A DNA stretch of 64,000 bases from NCBI GenBank assembly GCA_964430565.1, contig CAYSFD010000056.1:34888-98887 (forward strand), given 5' to 3'. This document shows, one piece after another, positions 19,454 through 26,943 of the stretch (the stretch's first letter is position 1; each line of letters opens with the position of its first letter). Position numbers and translations under genes: made by a program. This DNA comes from an uncultured Enterobacteriaceae bacterium. GTDB lineage: Bacteria > Pseudomonadota > Gammaproteobacteria > Burkholderiales > SG8-39. The notes under the pieces were generated by a model. It had not been told where the DNA came from. It did no database searches and was given only the letters and a program-made list of their open reading frames with translations.

Positions 19454-21868
19454 ATGCAGTTTTCAGAGCGCTGGCTCCGTACTCTGGTCGATCCACCTCT
19501 CGGCTCGGAGGAACTTGCACGCCTGCTCACCATGTCGGGCCTCGAGGTTGAAGCCTGCGATCCCGTAGCTCCGCCCTTCTCGGGGGTGGTCGTCGCCCAG
19601 GTTCTTTCCGTGGAAAAGCACCCGAACGCCGATCGGCTTACCGTCTGCGGCATCGATGCCGGGACGGGCGAAACGCTCAAGGTCGTTTGCGGAGCCCCGA
19701 ATGTGGCTGCCGGAATGAGAGTGCCTTGCGCGCTGGTCGGCGCGAAACTGCCGGGCGAATCGCCGGACAAACCGCTCGAGATCAAGGCGGCGAACATGCG
19801 CGGAGTGGAAAGTCGCGGGATGCTGTGCTCGGCGCGAGAGCTGGGGCTTTCCGACGATCACAGCGGGCTCCTCGCGCTGCCGTCCGACGTGCCGGTGGGC
19901 CGCGACATACGCGAGGTGCTCGCGCTCGATGACAGGCTGTTCACGCTCAAGCTGACACCCAATCGCGCCGATTGCCTCTCTGTTTTGGGTGTTGCACGCG
20001 AGGTGGCGGCATTGACGCGCTCGACGCTCGCGGCGCCCGCGATCAAGCCGGTAGCACCGGTGAACAAGGCGGTGTTTCCGGTGAAGATCACCCATGGCGA
20101 AGGCTGCGGCCGTTTCGCCGGGCGGGTAATCCGCAACGTGAACGCCGCTGTGCCGACGCCTGCGTGGATGAGGGAGCGACTTGAGAGGTCCGGCCAACGC
20201 CCGATTTCGGCGCTCGTCGACGTGACCAATTACGTGATGCTCGAGTTGGGGCGACCACTCCACGTTTATGATTTCGACAAGCTTGCGGGCGGCATCGACG
20301 TACGCTTTGGCAGGAAGGGCGAGAGACTGAAGCTGCTGAACGAGCAGGTCGTGGAAGTCGACGAGACGGTGCTGTGCATCACCGACCGCTCGGGCCCGAT
20401 CGGGCTCGCCGGTCTGATGGGCGGTGAATCGACCAAGGCGGAACCCGCCACCCGCAACATCTTCCTCGAATCGGCATTCTTTTTTCCCGATGCCGTCGCC
20501 GGTCGGGCCCGCCGCTATAACTTCACGAGCGACGCGTCGCACCGTTTCGAGCGCGGTGTCGACTTCGACAACAACGTGACCGGCATTGAGCGCGCCACGG
20601 GGCTGATTCTGGAAATCTGCGGCGGCGAACCGGGCCCCACGGTGGACACGGTGGCGAAGCTCCCCGAGCGCCGGCCGGTACGCATGCGCGCAGCGCGAGC
20701 GCACAAAGTAATCGGGGTCCCGGTGCCCGCCGCGGACATGGCCGATATTTTCACGAGGCTCGGCCTGTCGCATACCCGCGAGGGCGCGGCCGGCGGCGAA
20801 GTCTTCCTCGTAACACCGCCATCCTTCCGGTTCGACATAGAGATTGAAGAAGATCTGATCGAGGAGGTGGCGCGCGTGTACGGCTTCGAGCGCATCCCGG
20901 CCCACCCGCCGCTCGCTCCCGCGACCATGCGGCCGCAGCCGGAAGGACAGCGCTCGCCTCACGCGCTGCGCCAGCAGCTTGCCGACAGCGACTACCATGA
21001 GGTAATCAATTTCGGCTTTGTCGACCCGCAATGGGAGGCCGATTTTGCCGGCGAGGCGAACGCCATCCGGGTCGTGAACCCGATAGCGAGTCCCCTCGCA
21101 GTGATGCGCACCACCTTGATCGGCGGGCTGGTGTCGAACGTCCGCTCCAATCTGGGCCGCAAACTCAGCCGTATCCGAGTGTTCGAACTGGGTCGGGTCT
21201 ATCTGCGGGACCCTGCCGCAAAGGACGGCGATCTCGAGGTCGCGGGCGTGCGTCAGCCGACTCGTGTGGGCGCCCTCGCATACGGTCGCGCGCTCGAGGA
21301 GCAATGGGGAGTTTCGGAACACAACGTAGACTTTTTCGACGTCAAGGCCGACGTGGAATCGCTGCTTGCTCCGCGCGTGGCCAGGTTCGAGCGCGCAACT
21401 CACCCGGCCCTTCATCCCGGCCGCGCGGCGCGCGTGCTGGTGGAAGGGCGCGAGATCGGCTGGCTGGGCGAGCTGCACCCCCGCTGGCAGCAGAAATATG
21501 AACTGCCGTTGGCCCCCGTCCTGTTTGAGCTGGACGTGGCAGCGCTGAGCCAGGTCGCGCTGTCGCGATACCGGGAGGTATCGAAGTTTCCCCCGATCAT
21601 CCGGGACCTTGCCATGGAGTTCGATGGGGACCTCTCCGCCGCCGAAATATTGGAGGAAATGACCCGCAATTGCTTCCCCCTGGTGCAGGAAATACGCCTG
21701 TTCGACGTATTTCGAGGGGGGAATCTTGGGCAGGGCAGAAAAAGCCTTGCGTTTCGGGTAGTTATGCAAGATACTGCCCGGACGTTGACCGATGCGGATG
21801 CGGATACCGCAATGGCGCAACTGACAGGGCTTCTTTCCGCAAAATTCGGTGCTAAATTACGTACTTAG
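19454..21868 (+). CDS. pheT: phenylalanine--tRNA ligase beta subunit
   Basis: 804 aa starting MQFSERWLRTLVDP, with a tRNA-binding OB domain (HPNADRLTVC), B3/4 and B5 domains and a C-terminal FDX-ACB domain. Confidence 0.95.
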   Translation: MQFSERWLRTLVDPPLGSEELARLLTMSGLEVEACDPVAPPFSGVVVAQVLSVEKHPNADRLTVCGIDAGTGETLKVVCGAPNVAAGMRVPCALVGAKLPGESPDKPLEIKAANMRGVESRGMLCSARELGLSDDHSGLLALPSDVPVGRDIREVLALDDRLFTLKLTPNRADCLSVLGVAREVAALTRSTLAAPAIKPVAPVNKAVFPVKITHGEGCGRFAGRVIRNVNAAVPTPAWMRERLERSGQRPISALVDVTNYVMLELGRPLHVYDFDKLAGGIDVRFGRKGERLKLLNEQVVEVDETVLCITDRSGPIGLAGLMGGESTKAEPATRNIFLESAFFFPDAVAGRARRYNFTSDASHRFERGVDFDNNVTGIERATGLILEICGGEPGPTVDTVAKLPERRPVRMRAARAHKVIGVPVPAADMADIFTRLGLSHTREGAAGGEVFLVTPPSFRFDIEIEEDLIEEVARVYGFERIPAHPPLAPATMRPQPEGQRSPHALRQQLADSDYHEVINFGFVDPQWEADFAGEANAIRVVNPIASPLAVMRTTLIGGLVSNVRSNLGRKLSRIRVFELGRVYLRDPAAKDGDLEVAGVRQPTRVGALAYGRALEEQWGVSEHNVDFFDVKADVESLLAPRVARFERATHPALHPGRAARVLVEGREIGWLGELHPRWQQKYELPLAPVLFELDVAALSQVALSRYREVSKFPPIIRDLAMEFDGDLSAAEILEEMTRNCFPLVQEIRLFDVFRGGNLGQGRKSLAFRVVMQDTARTLTDADADTAMAQLTGLLSAKFGAKLRT

Positions 21869-21913
21869 GTAATGGCTCGGGAGAGGTTTTTGCCTCTCCA
21901 AGGGGAGCGAAAA

Positions 21914-22216
21914 ATGACGCTTACGAAAGCCGAATTGGCGGACATGCTTTTTGAGAAGGTAGGGCTCAACAAGCGCGAGGCTAAGGACATGGTCGAGACG
22001 TTCTTCGAGGAGATCCGCCTGGCGCTTGAAAACGGGGAGAGCGTCAAGCTTTCCGGGTTCGGCAACTTCCAACTGCGCGACAAGCCGCAACGGCCCGGCC
22101 GTAATCCCAAGACCGGGGAGGAAATTCCAATCACCGCGCGGCGCGTGGTCACGTTCCACGCCAGCCAGAAGCTGAAGGCGCTGGTCGAGCAGAACCATGG
22201 AAAGCAAGGCGACTAA
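21914..22216 (+). CDS. ihfA: integration host factor subunit alpha
   Basis: [34 protein letters not shown]...[35 protein letters not shown] upstream. The ORF-track start 21872 is upstream. Confidence 0.9.
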   Translation: MTLTKAELADMLFEKVGLNKREAKDMVETFFEEIRLALENGESVKLSGFGNFQLRDKPQRPGRNPKTGEEIPITARRVVTFHASQKLKALVEQNHGKQGD

Positions 22217-22583
22217 GGATAGCCTGCCGCCGATCCCGGCGAAGCGCTACTTCACCATAGGCGAGGTCAGCGAGTTGTGCGGCGTCAAGCCGCACGTGCT
22301 GCGCTATTGGGAGCAGGAGTTCACCCAGCTTCGGCCCGTGAAGCGCCGCGGCAACCGCCGCTACTACCAGCACCACGAAGTGCTGCTGATCCGCCGCATC
22401 CGCGAACTGCTTTACGCGCAGGGTTTCACCATCAGCGGCGCGCGCAATCGCCTCGATGAAAGCCTGAGCGGCTCCTCGGGTCGGTCCGCGGCATCCACAG
22501 CGCCGCGCACCCAGGAAATGCGAGGCGTGAATCTTGTTGCGCTCAAGCAGGAGTTGAAGAACCTCATTGAGCTGCTGCGCTGA
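22197..22583 (+). CDS. MerR-family transcriptional regulator
   Basis: [25 protein letters not shown]...[15 protein letters not shown] is a MerR-type HTH. It overlaps the ihfA 3' end by 20 nt. Confidence 0.8.
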   Translation: MESKATKDSLPPIPAKRYFTIGEVSELCGVKPHVLRYWEQEFTQLRPVKRRGNRRYYQHHEVLLIRRIRELLYAQGFTISGARNRLDESLSGSSGRSAASTAPRTQEMRGVNLVALKQELKNLIELLR

Positions 22584-22611
22584 GGGCGCGGCGCGTTGGT
22601 GCGTGAACGTC

Positions 22612-22620
22612 TGCTATACT
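22612..22620 (+). promoter_or_regulatory. extended -10-like element TGCTATACT upstream of tRNA-Pro
   Basis: TGnTATACT ends 10 nt before the first tRNA nucleotide. No good -35 was seen. Confidence 0.35.
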
Positions 22621-22630
22621 TTTCACAAGT

Positions 22631-22707
22631 CGGGGCGTAGCGCAGCCTGGTAGCGTACCTGCATGGGGTGCAGGTGGTCGCGTGTTCGAATCACGCCGCC
22701 CCGACCA
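22631..22707 (+). tRNA. tRNA-Pro (anticodon GGG)
   Basis: Hand-folded: acceptor CGGGGCG/CGCCCCG, anticodon stem CCTGC/GCAGG with loop ATGGGGT, T arm GCGTG-TTCGAAT-CACGC, and an encoded CCA. Confidence 0.95.
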
Positions 22708-22768
22708 ATACCGCCGTCATCCCGTTTTGATCTTCTCCTGGCACCGCACTCCCCTGAAAGGTGTGCTC

Positions 22769-23740
22769 ATGCGAGCTGTTTCCCTAATGCGATGGACATG
22801 CGCTCTGGCGCTTGCCGTCGCGGCCACATCGAGTCTTGCGCAAGGCTTCCCATCACGTCCGGTTCGGATCCTGGTTCCCTTCGCTGCGGGAGGCGTGGCC
22901 GACATCACAGCGCGCGTCCTCGCGCAAAAAATGAGCGAGACCCTGGGGCAGCAGGTGCTCGTCGAGAACCGGCCGAGCGCCGGCGGCATCCTTGCCTCGG
23001 AAGCGGTGGCTAAAGCCGAGCCTGACGGGCACACGCTGCTCTTCATCACCAACGGCAACGCCGTGAGCGCGTCGCTGTTCAAGTCGCTGCCCTATGACAC
23101 GGTAAGCGATTTTGCGCCGGTCTCAACCGTGGGGTTTTTCGATTTGGTGTTAGTGGTCGACTCTGCTTCGAAAATCGCCTCGGTGCGTGACCTCATCGCC
23201 TCGGCCAAAGCGAATCCCAACAAGTTCAATCTCGGCACCATCAATATCGGCAGCACGCAGAACCTCGCGGCGGAATTGTTCAAGTCGATGGCGGGGGTCG
23301 ACGCGCAAGTGGTGCCGTTCAAGACGACGCCGGCGGTAATTATCGCGCTCAAAGGCGGCGATGTGCAGGCGGCGTTCGAGATCCTCGCACCGGTGCTGGC
23401 GCAGATCCGGGGCGGCGCGCTCAAACCGCTCGCCGTGACCTCCGACAAGCGCTTTCCCGGCCTGCCGGATGTGCCGACCGTCGCCGAGAGCGGCGTGCCC
23501 GGCTACCAGGCTTCTTCCTGGAACGGCGTCGCCGCTCCGGCGAAAACACCGAAGGTCGTGATCGAACGCCTCAACCGCGAGGTCAACGCTGCGGTGGCTG
23601 CGCCCGAAGTGCGCAAACGCCTGCAGGAGCTGGGCGTCGAGGCGCGCGGCGGAACGCCCGAAGCGCTTGGCGCGATGCTGGTCTCCGAAATCGCCAAGTG
23701 GAAGGCCGTAATCGAGCGGGCGAAAATTCCCAAGCAGTAG
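22769..23740 (+). CDS. Bug-family (TctC-like) tripartite tricarboxylate transporter substrate-binding protein
   Basis: Signal peptide, then FPSRPVRILVPFAAGGVADITARVLAQKM, the hallmark Bug/TctC N-terminus. Start ATG 22769; the ORF-track start lies inside the tRNA-Pro gene. Confidence 0.85.
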   Translation: MRAVSLMRWTCALALAVAATSSLAQGFPSRPVRILVPFAAGGVADITARVLAQKMSETLGQQVLVENRPSAGGILASEAVAKAEPDGHTLLFITNGNAVSASLFKSLPYDTVSDFAPVSTVGFFDLVLVVDSASKIASVRDLIASAKANPNKFNLGTINIGSTQNLAAELFKSMAGVDAQVVPFKTTPAVIIALKGGDVQAAFEILAPVLAQIRGGALKPLAVTSDKRFPGLPDVPTVAESGVPGYQASSWNGVAAPAKTPKVVIERLNREVNAAVAAPEVRKRLQELGVEARGGTPEALGAMLVSEIAKWKAVIERAKIPKQ

Positions 23741-23878
23741 GGCATACTCGGCCCGACTCCTCGAAAGAGAAACTGCGCGCGCTGCACGACCATCTGGCCC
23801 TGTCGACGCTGGATCGACCTCCGCACAGAGAAGGTCCGGCCTGAACCGGGCGCGCCTTCTCTGTCGTTGCGTCCTCGA

Positions 23879-25372
23879 TCAGTTCTCGAGTTCGGCTTCT
23901 TCAACCGCGATGGTGCCTGCGTTGAAGGTGCCTTTGACCTTGACTAAGGTTCCGCCGGGAGCTGGCGCTGGGATCACTGCGGCGAGGAACGTCGCGAGGT
24001 TGGCTATCGGCTGCTCGTTCGCGTCCCGGAACTGCGTTGCCCCGGTCAAATTGGCATCGATCCCAATGGAGAACGTAAGAACGTTTCCGACTTTGTTAGT
24101 GACTCTCGCCTGAACGGTGTCCTTGTTACCGCCGCTAGGGCTGTCGTCGACACGCTCGGCGACGATATTGCCTGCGGTGTCGACGTAGCCGCGCACTTCG
24201 ACTAGCTCCCCGGAAATAACCCCGCCCGTTTGGCGAAACTCAGTCAGGCTGGTGATCTGTACGGATTTGCCGAGCACCTGGAGCGTTCCTGTACCGGGAA
24301 TCGAGCCGGTGACGGTTGCTGTCCCGGTTAGGATCACACGCGTGCGCTTGAACTGAATCTTCTCGGCGATGAGTGTCGAGCCAGTGAAATTGTGGCCCTC
24401 GGCCTCGACCCTGACATTGTCTGCAAGTTCGTCACGCGAGCCGTTCTCGAATCGGGTGCTCGCGTTGGTTTGCACCGCCTGGGTTCCGACGAAGAACAAT
24501 GCTGTGGCAGTTGTGCAGGGATTAACGGCGCACCCGCTCACCTTCCCCTCGACGTGCAACTCCTCGCCTGCCCCATGCTGGAACTCATCGTCCTCTTGGT
24601 CTTCGACATCGACACGCCCGGCAGCAAAGGTCGCTCCGTTGAACGCGCCATGAACTTCGACGAGCGCATTCACGATTAGCGTCGCTCCGGCGGGGCTGAT
24701 TGTTGCTCCACTGTAGTTGACCGCCACGTCGGTTGCGCCGTTTTGCAGCGTGAAGGTCGTACCGGTCAGCGTGCCAGGTTTGATTGTTCCCCGCAGCTCA
24801 TCGCCAAGCTGAGCTCCGGCTGCCGGCGTTAAGAGCTCGACGCGGCTTGCGTGGATTCCCGCGGAGTCCCGCAGGCCGTGCACTTCGACGATACTGGTTC
24901 CGTCGACGAGTTGGGCGACGGCCGCGCTCGGCGTGGGTGTCGGCAAGCTGAAGTTCGCGAAGATGGTCAGGTCATCGACGAACACGGTCTGGCCAACAAC
25001 GGTGAAGAAAGGCGGTATCGCGTTCTGGTTGTGGGTCTGCACCGTCCCGCGCACTTCGTTCTCGACTTCGACGCGCTCGGCCGTGCCGGTCACGCGGTCG
25101 TCATTGATGCGCCCGCGCACCTTGACGACCATGCCGTTCTTAAGATCCGCCGTGGTCTTTGGCGTGGTGGTGTCGTCGTTGGTGATGATGGTGTTCGTAT
25201 CATCGAAGCGCACGCCATTGACGATGACGCTGCCTCTTTCCATGACACCGGTGGAAACGGCGGGGGTACTCGCAACGGGGGTACTCGCCCCAGTGCCTCC
25301 GGTTCCGCCGCCGCAGCCGGAGATAATCAACGCGGCTGCCGCCGCAAGAAATGCGAATCGTAGAGTCTTCAT
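23879..25372 (-). CDS. lipoprotein with six repeated OB-like modules (DUF5666-type, from memory)
   Basis: Lipobox LIISGC (Cys20) followed by a G/T-rich linker. There are six recurrences of the pattern h-V-[EK]-V-x-G-(5-9 aa)-A-x-[RK]-V-[ED]: VVKVRGRINDDRVTGTAERVEVE, IVEVHGLRDSAGIHASRVELL, LVEVHGAFNGATFAAGRVDVE, VRVEAEGHNFTGSTLIAEKIQF, LVEVRGYVDTAGNIVAERVDD and LVKVKGTFNAGTIAVEEAELE. Confidence 0.7.
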   Translation of the reverse strand: MKTLRFAFLAAAAALIISGCGGGTGGTGASTPVASTPAVSTGVMERGSVIVNGVRFDDTNTIITNDDTTTPKTTADLKNGMVVKVRGRINDDRVTGTAERVEVENEVRGTVQTHNQNAIPPFFTVVGQTVFVDDLTIFANFSLPTPTPSAAVAQLVDGTSIVEVHGLRDSAGIHASRVELLTPAAGAQLGDELRGTIKPGTLTGTTFTLQNGATDVAVNYSGATISPAGATLIVNALVEVHGAFNGATFAAGRVDVEDQEDDEFQHGAGEELHVEGKVSGCAVNPCTTATALFFVGTQAVQTNASTRFENGSRDELADNVRVEAEGHNFTGSTLIAEKIQFKRTRVILTGTATVTGSIPGTGTLQVLGKSVQITSLTEFRQTGGVISGELVEVRGYVDTAGNIVAERVDDSPSGGNKDTVQARVTNKVGNVLTFSIGIDANLTGATQFRDANEQPIANLATFLAAVIPAPAPGGTLVKVKGTFNAGTIAVEEAELEN

Positions 25373-25590
25373 GATAGTTGGTCCTTTTGTGTCTTTGAAA
25401 GAGTGATTCCCTGATAGTTATGAGTTCTAATATCGGCGCGCCTTCGCTCGACTTTGGCGTGACCCATTCGGGTGTCCCGATTGTTTTGGGACATCCACGT
25501 ATTCAGCTGCGCGAGCAGCGCATGTGCCTGGGTGCTGCCCAAGCGGTCAAGCAATGCATCGATCAAGAGGGTTCCTGACTGAGCCCTCAT
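25369..25590 (-). CDS. small ORF paralogous to the C-terminus of the upstream gene
   Basis: 73 aa. LGSTQAHALLAQLNTWMSQNNRDTR aligns with LSNAQAQTLLERLDKWLSQHDRDTH of the 297-aa protein. It has ATGA start/stop overlaps with both neighbours. The 3' third is lower in GC3, so it may be decaying. Confidence 0.4.
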   Translation of the reverse strand: MRAQSGTLLIDALLDRLGSTQAHALLAQLNTWMSQNNRDTRMGHAKVERRRADIRTHNYQGITLSKTQKDQLS

Positions 25591-26480
25591 GATTGCGAAT
25601 CCTTTGGTTTCTGCGACGTCATGTCTTCCTCGAAGTAATAAATGCCGATTCCAGTGCGCACTCGTCCGGTTCCGCTCGTCCCCGAATGCGTATCGCGGTC
25701 GTGTTGCGACAGCCACTTGTCGAGCCGTTCGAGCAGCGTCTGCGCCTGGGCGTTGCTCAGGCGGCGAAACTCCTCCAGGGCTTCGACGGGGACGTTGTCG
25801 TACATCACCTTTCTCTGGAAGAACGGATTCGCGCTACCGTGCTGAAGGTTGTGATCGATCGTCCCAACGAGGTCGGACACATCGGTCCCGAGTATGTTGA
25901 GCTTGTCGGCGTCGCTGCTTTCCGGAACATAAGCACGCGTCTTGAGCTGGAGGGTGCCGTCGCCGAGTTTCTCGACGACGCCTACGCGCAGCAGTTCGTC
26001 GAGAACGGCGCGAAACGGAATATCGCCGCTGAAGCGGCGCGCAAGGTCGGCGAAGCTCGCCTGCTCCGGCGATTCGCCGTCCTGCAGTGAGAGGGTTTTC
26101 GGATTACCGGTGGCGTCGGAAAAGTCCTTGTCGCGCACCCAACCCGCGACCACGCGGGCGGCGCGGTTATAGCGCTCGCCCGCATCGCTGTCGTTCCCGG
26201 CGGGAGCCTCGAGCAGCCGCTGCACTTCCTTGCGCGTCAAGCCGGAAAGCAGGGCTATGCGCGAGACAGACTGTTTCTTTCCCGGAATGTGGAACTCGTT
26301 TGCCGCTACCTCTACATAGGCACGCTTGGCGATGTCCAGAAAAGCCTTGAAAGACATGTTGTTACGAAGGACGATCCGGAACATCGGATGAAGGATTCTC
26401 GCAAGCGCGGCCGCCAGGGCCTGGCCGACTCGGGGTCTGGAGGTTGATTTCCGTTGCATGATTTGGGAAAAATATCCCAA
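25587..26480 (-). CDS. uncharacterized protein with HTH-like segment (DUF6502-like, from memory)
   Basis: 297 aa with high GC3. A putative HTH reads QSVSRIALLSGLTRKEVQRLLE. No catalytic motifs were recognised. The start may be ATG 26480 or the second Met, 7 codons in. Confidence 0.6.
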   Translation of the reverse strand: MGYFSQIMQRKSTSRPRVGQALAAALARILHPMFRIVLRNNMSFKAFLDIAKRAYVEVAANEFHIPGKKQSVSRIALLSGLTRKEVQRLLEAPAGNDSDAGERYNRAARVVAGWVRDKDFSDATGNPKTLSLQDGESPEQASFADLARRFSGDIPFRAVLDELLRVGVVEKLGDGTLQLKTRAYVPESSDADKLNILGTDVSDLVGTIDHNLQHGSANPFFQRKVMYDNVPVEALEEFRRLSNAQAQTLLERLDKWLSQHDRDTHSGTSGTGRVRTGIGIYYFEEDMTSQKPKDSQS

Positions 26481-26870
26481 ATAAAGGTGTTTGTCAAGCC
26501 CTACCGCCTAAGGCGGTATCGGGCGAATCGCGGCAGGGCTGGGTGCGGGATTGTGGCCAAGGCCTCTGTGCCAGATTCCGCGCAAACGGCGAATCCGCCT
26601 TGAGCAAGGTCAAATGCGCGCGAGATCGGTCGACACGATGGGGTTGCGGCCCAATCGAGAAGAGGTCTATTCCGCGAACTTACTGCGGAACCCGGCTGGC
26701 GCGACTACGCACACAATCATCGCTGCGCAAGAAGTCGGCCCAAGGTTTCCAGCAAACGCTCAGGTTGCCGCTTCTGATCAGGCGGCTCACCCGTAGGTTA
26801 CACGGAATGCAGAAATCCCTTGTCGAGGCAATCGGTTAGATCCGCTCAGCCGGGGCTAAGGCATCCTGCC

Positions 26871-26900
26871 TTGACTTCGTCAATTGTGCGGTGCAATAAT
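26871..26900 (+). promoter_or_regulatory. sigma70-like promoter of phaC (TTGACT-N18-AATAAT)
   Basis: -35 TTGACT (26871-26876), an 18-nt spacer containing TGCGGTGCA, then -10 AATAAT (26895-26900). The ORF-track start TTG 26884 lies inside this promoter, which argues for the downstream GTG 26944 start. Confidence 0.5.
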
Positions 26901-26943
26901 TCGCCGCCTTATCATATATTTCAATCTCTTGGGCATAAGCAAC

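Noticed and set aside
19463-21820. A 785-aa stop-free ORF antisense to pheT. Similar cases are 61693-63867 antisense to relA (724 aa), 33504-35531 antisense to the kinase (675 aa), 57491-59284 (597 aa), 41821-43440 antisense to lysS, 45738-46946 antisense to recJ, and 48095-49393 antisense to lolC.
   Set aside because: Their translations are Arg/Ala/Gly/His-rich low-complexity strings with no recognisable motifs. The opposite strand in each case encodes a well-recognised protein with all its signature motifs. Long antisense ORFs are an expected by-product of high GC3 codon bias. There is no evidence for overlapping genes.
26543-26839. Small ORFs (81-98 aa) in the long spacer upstream of phaC.
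   Set aside because: No SD, mixed codon bias, no recognisable sequence, and they overlap one another in different frames. I treat the region as non-coding.
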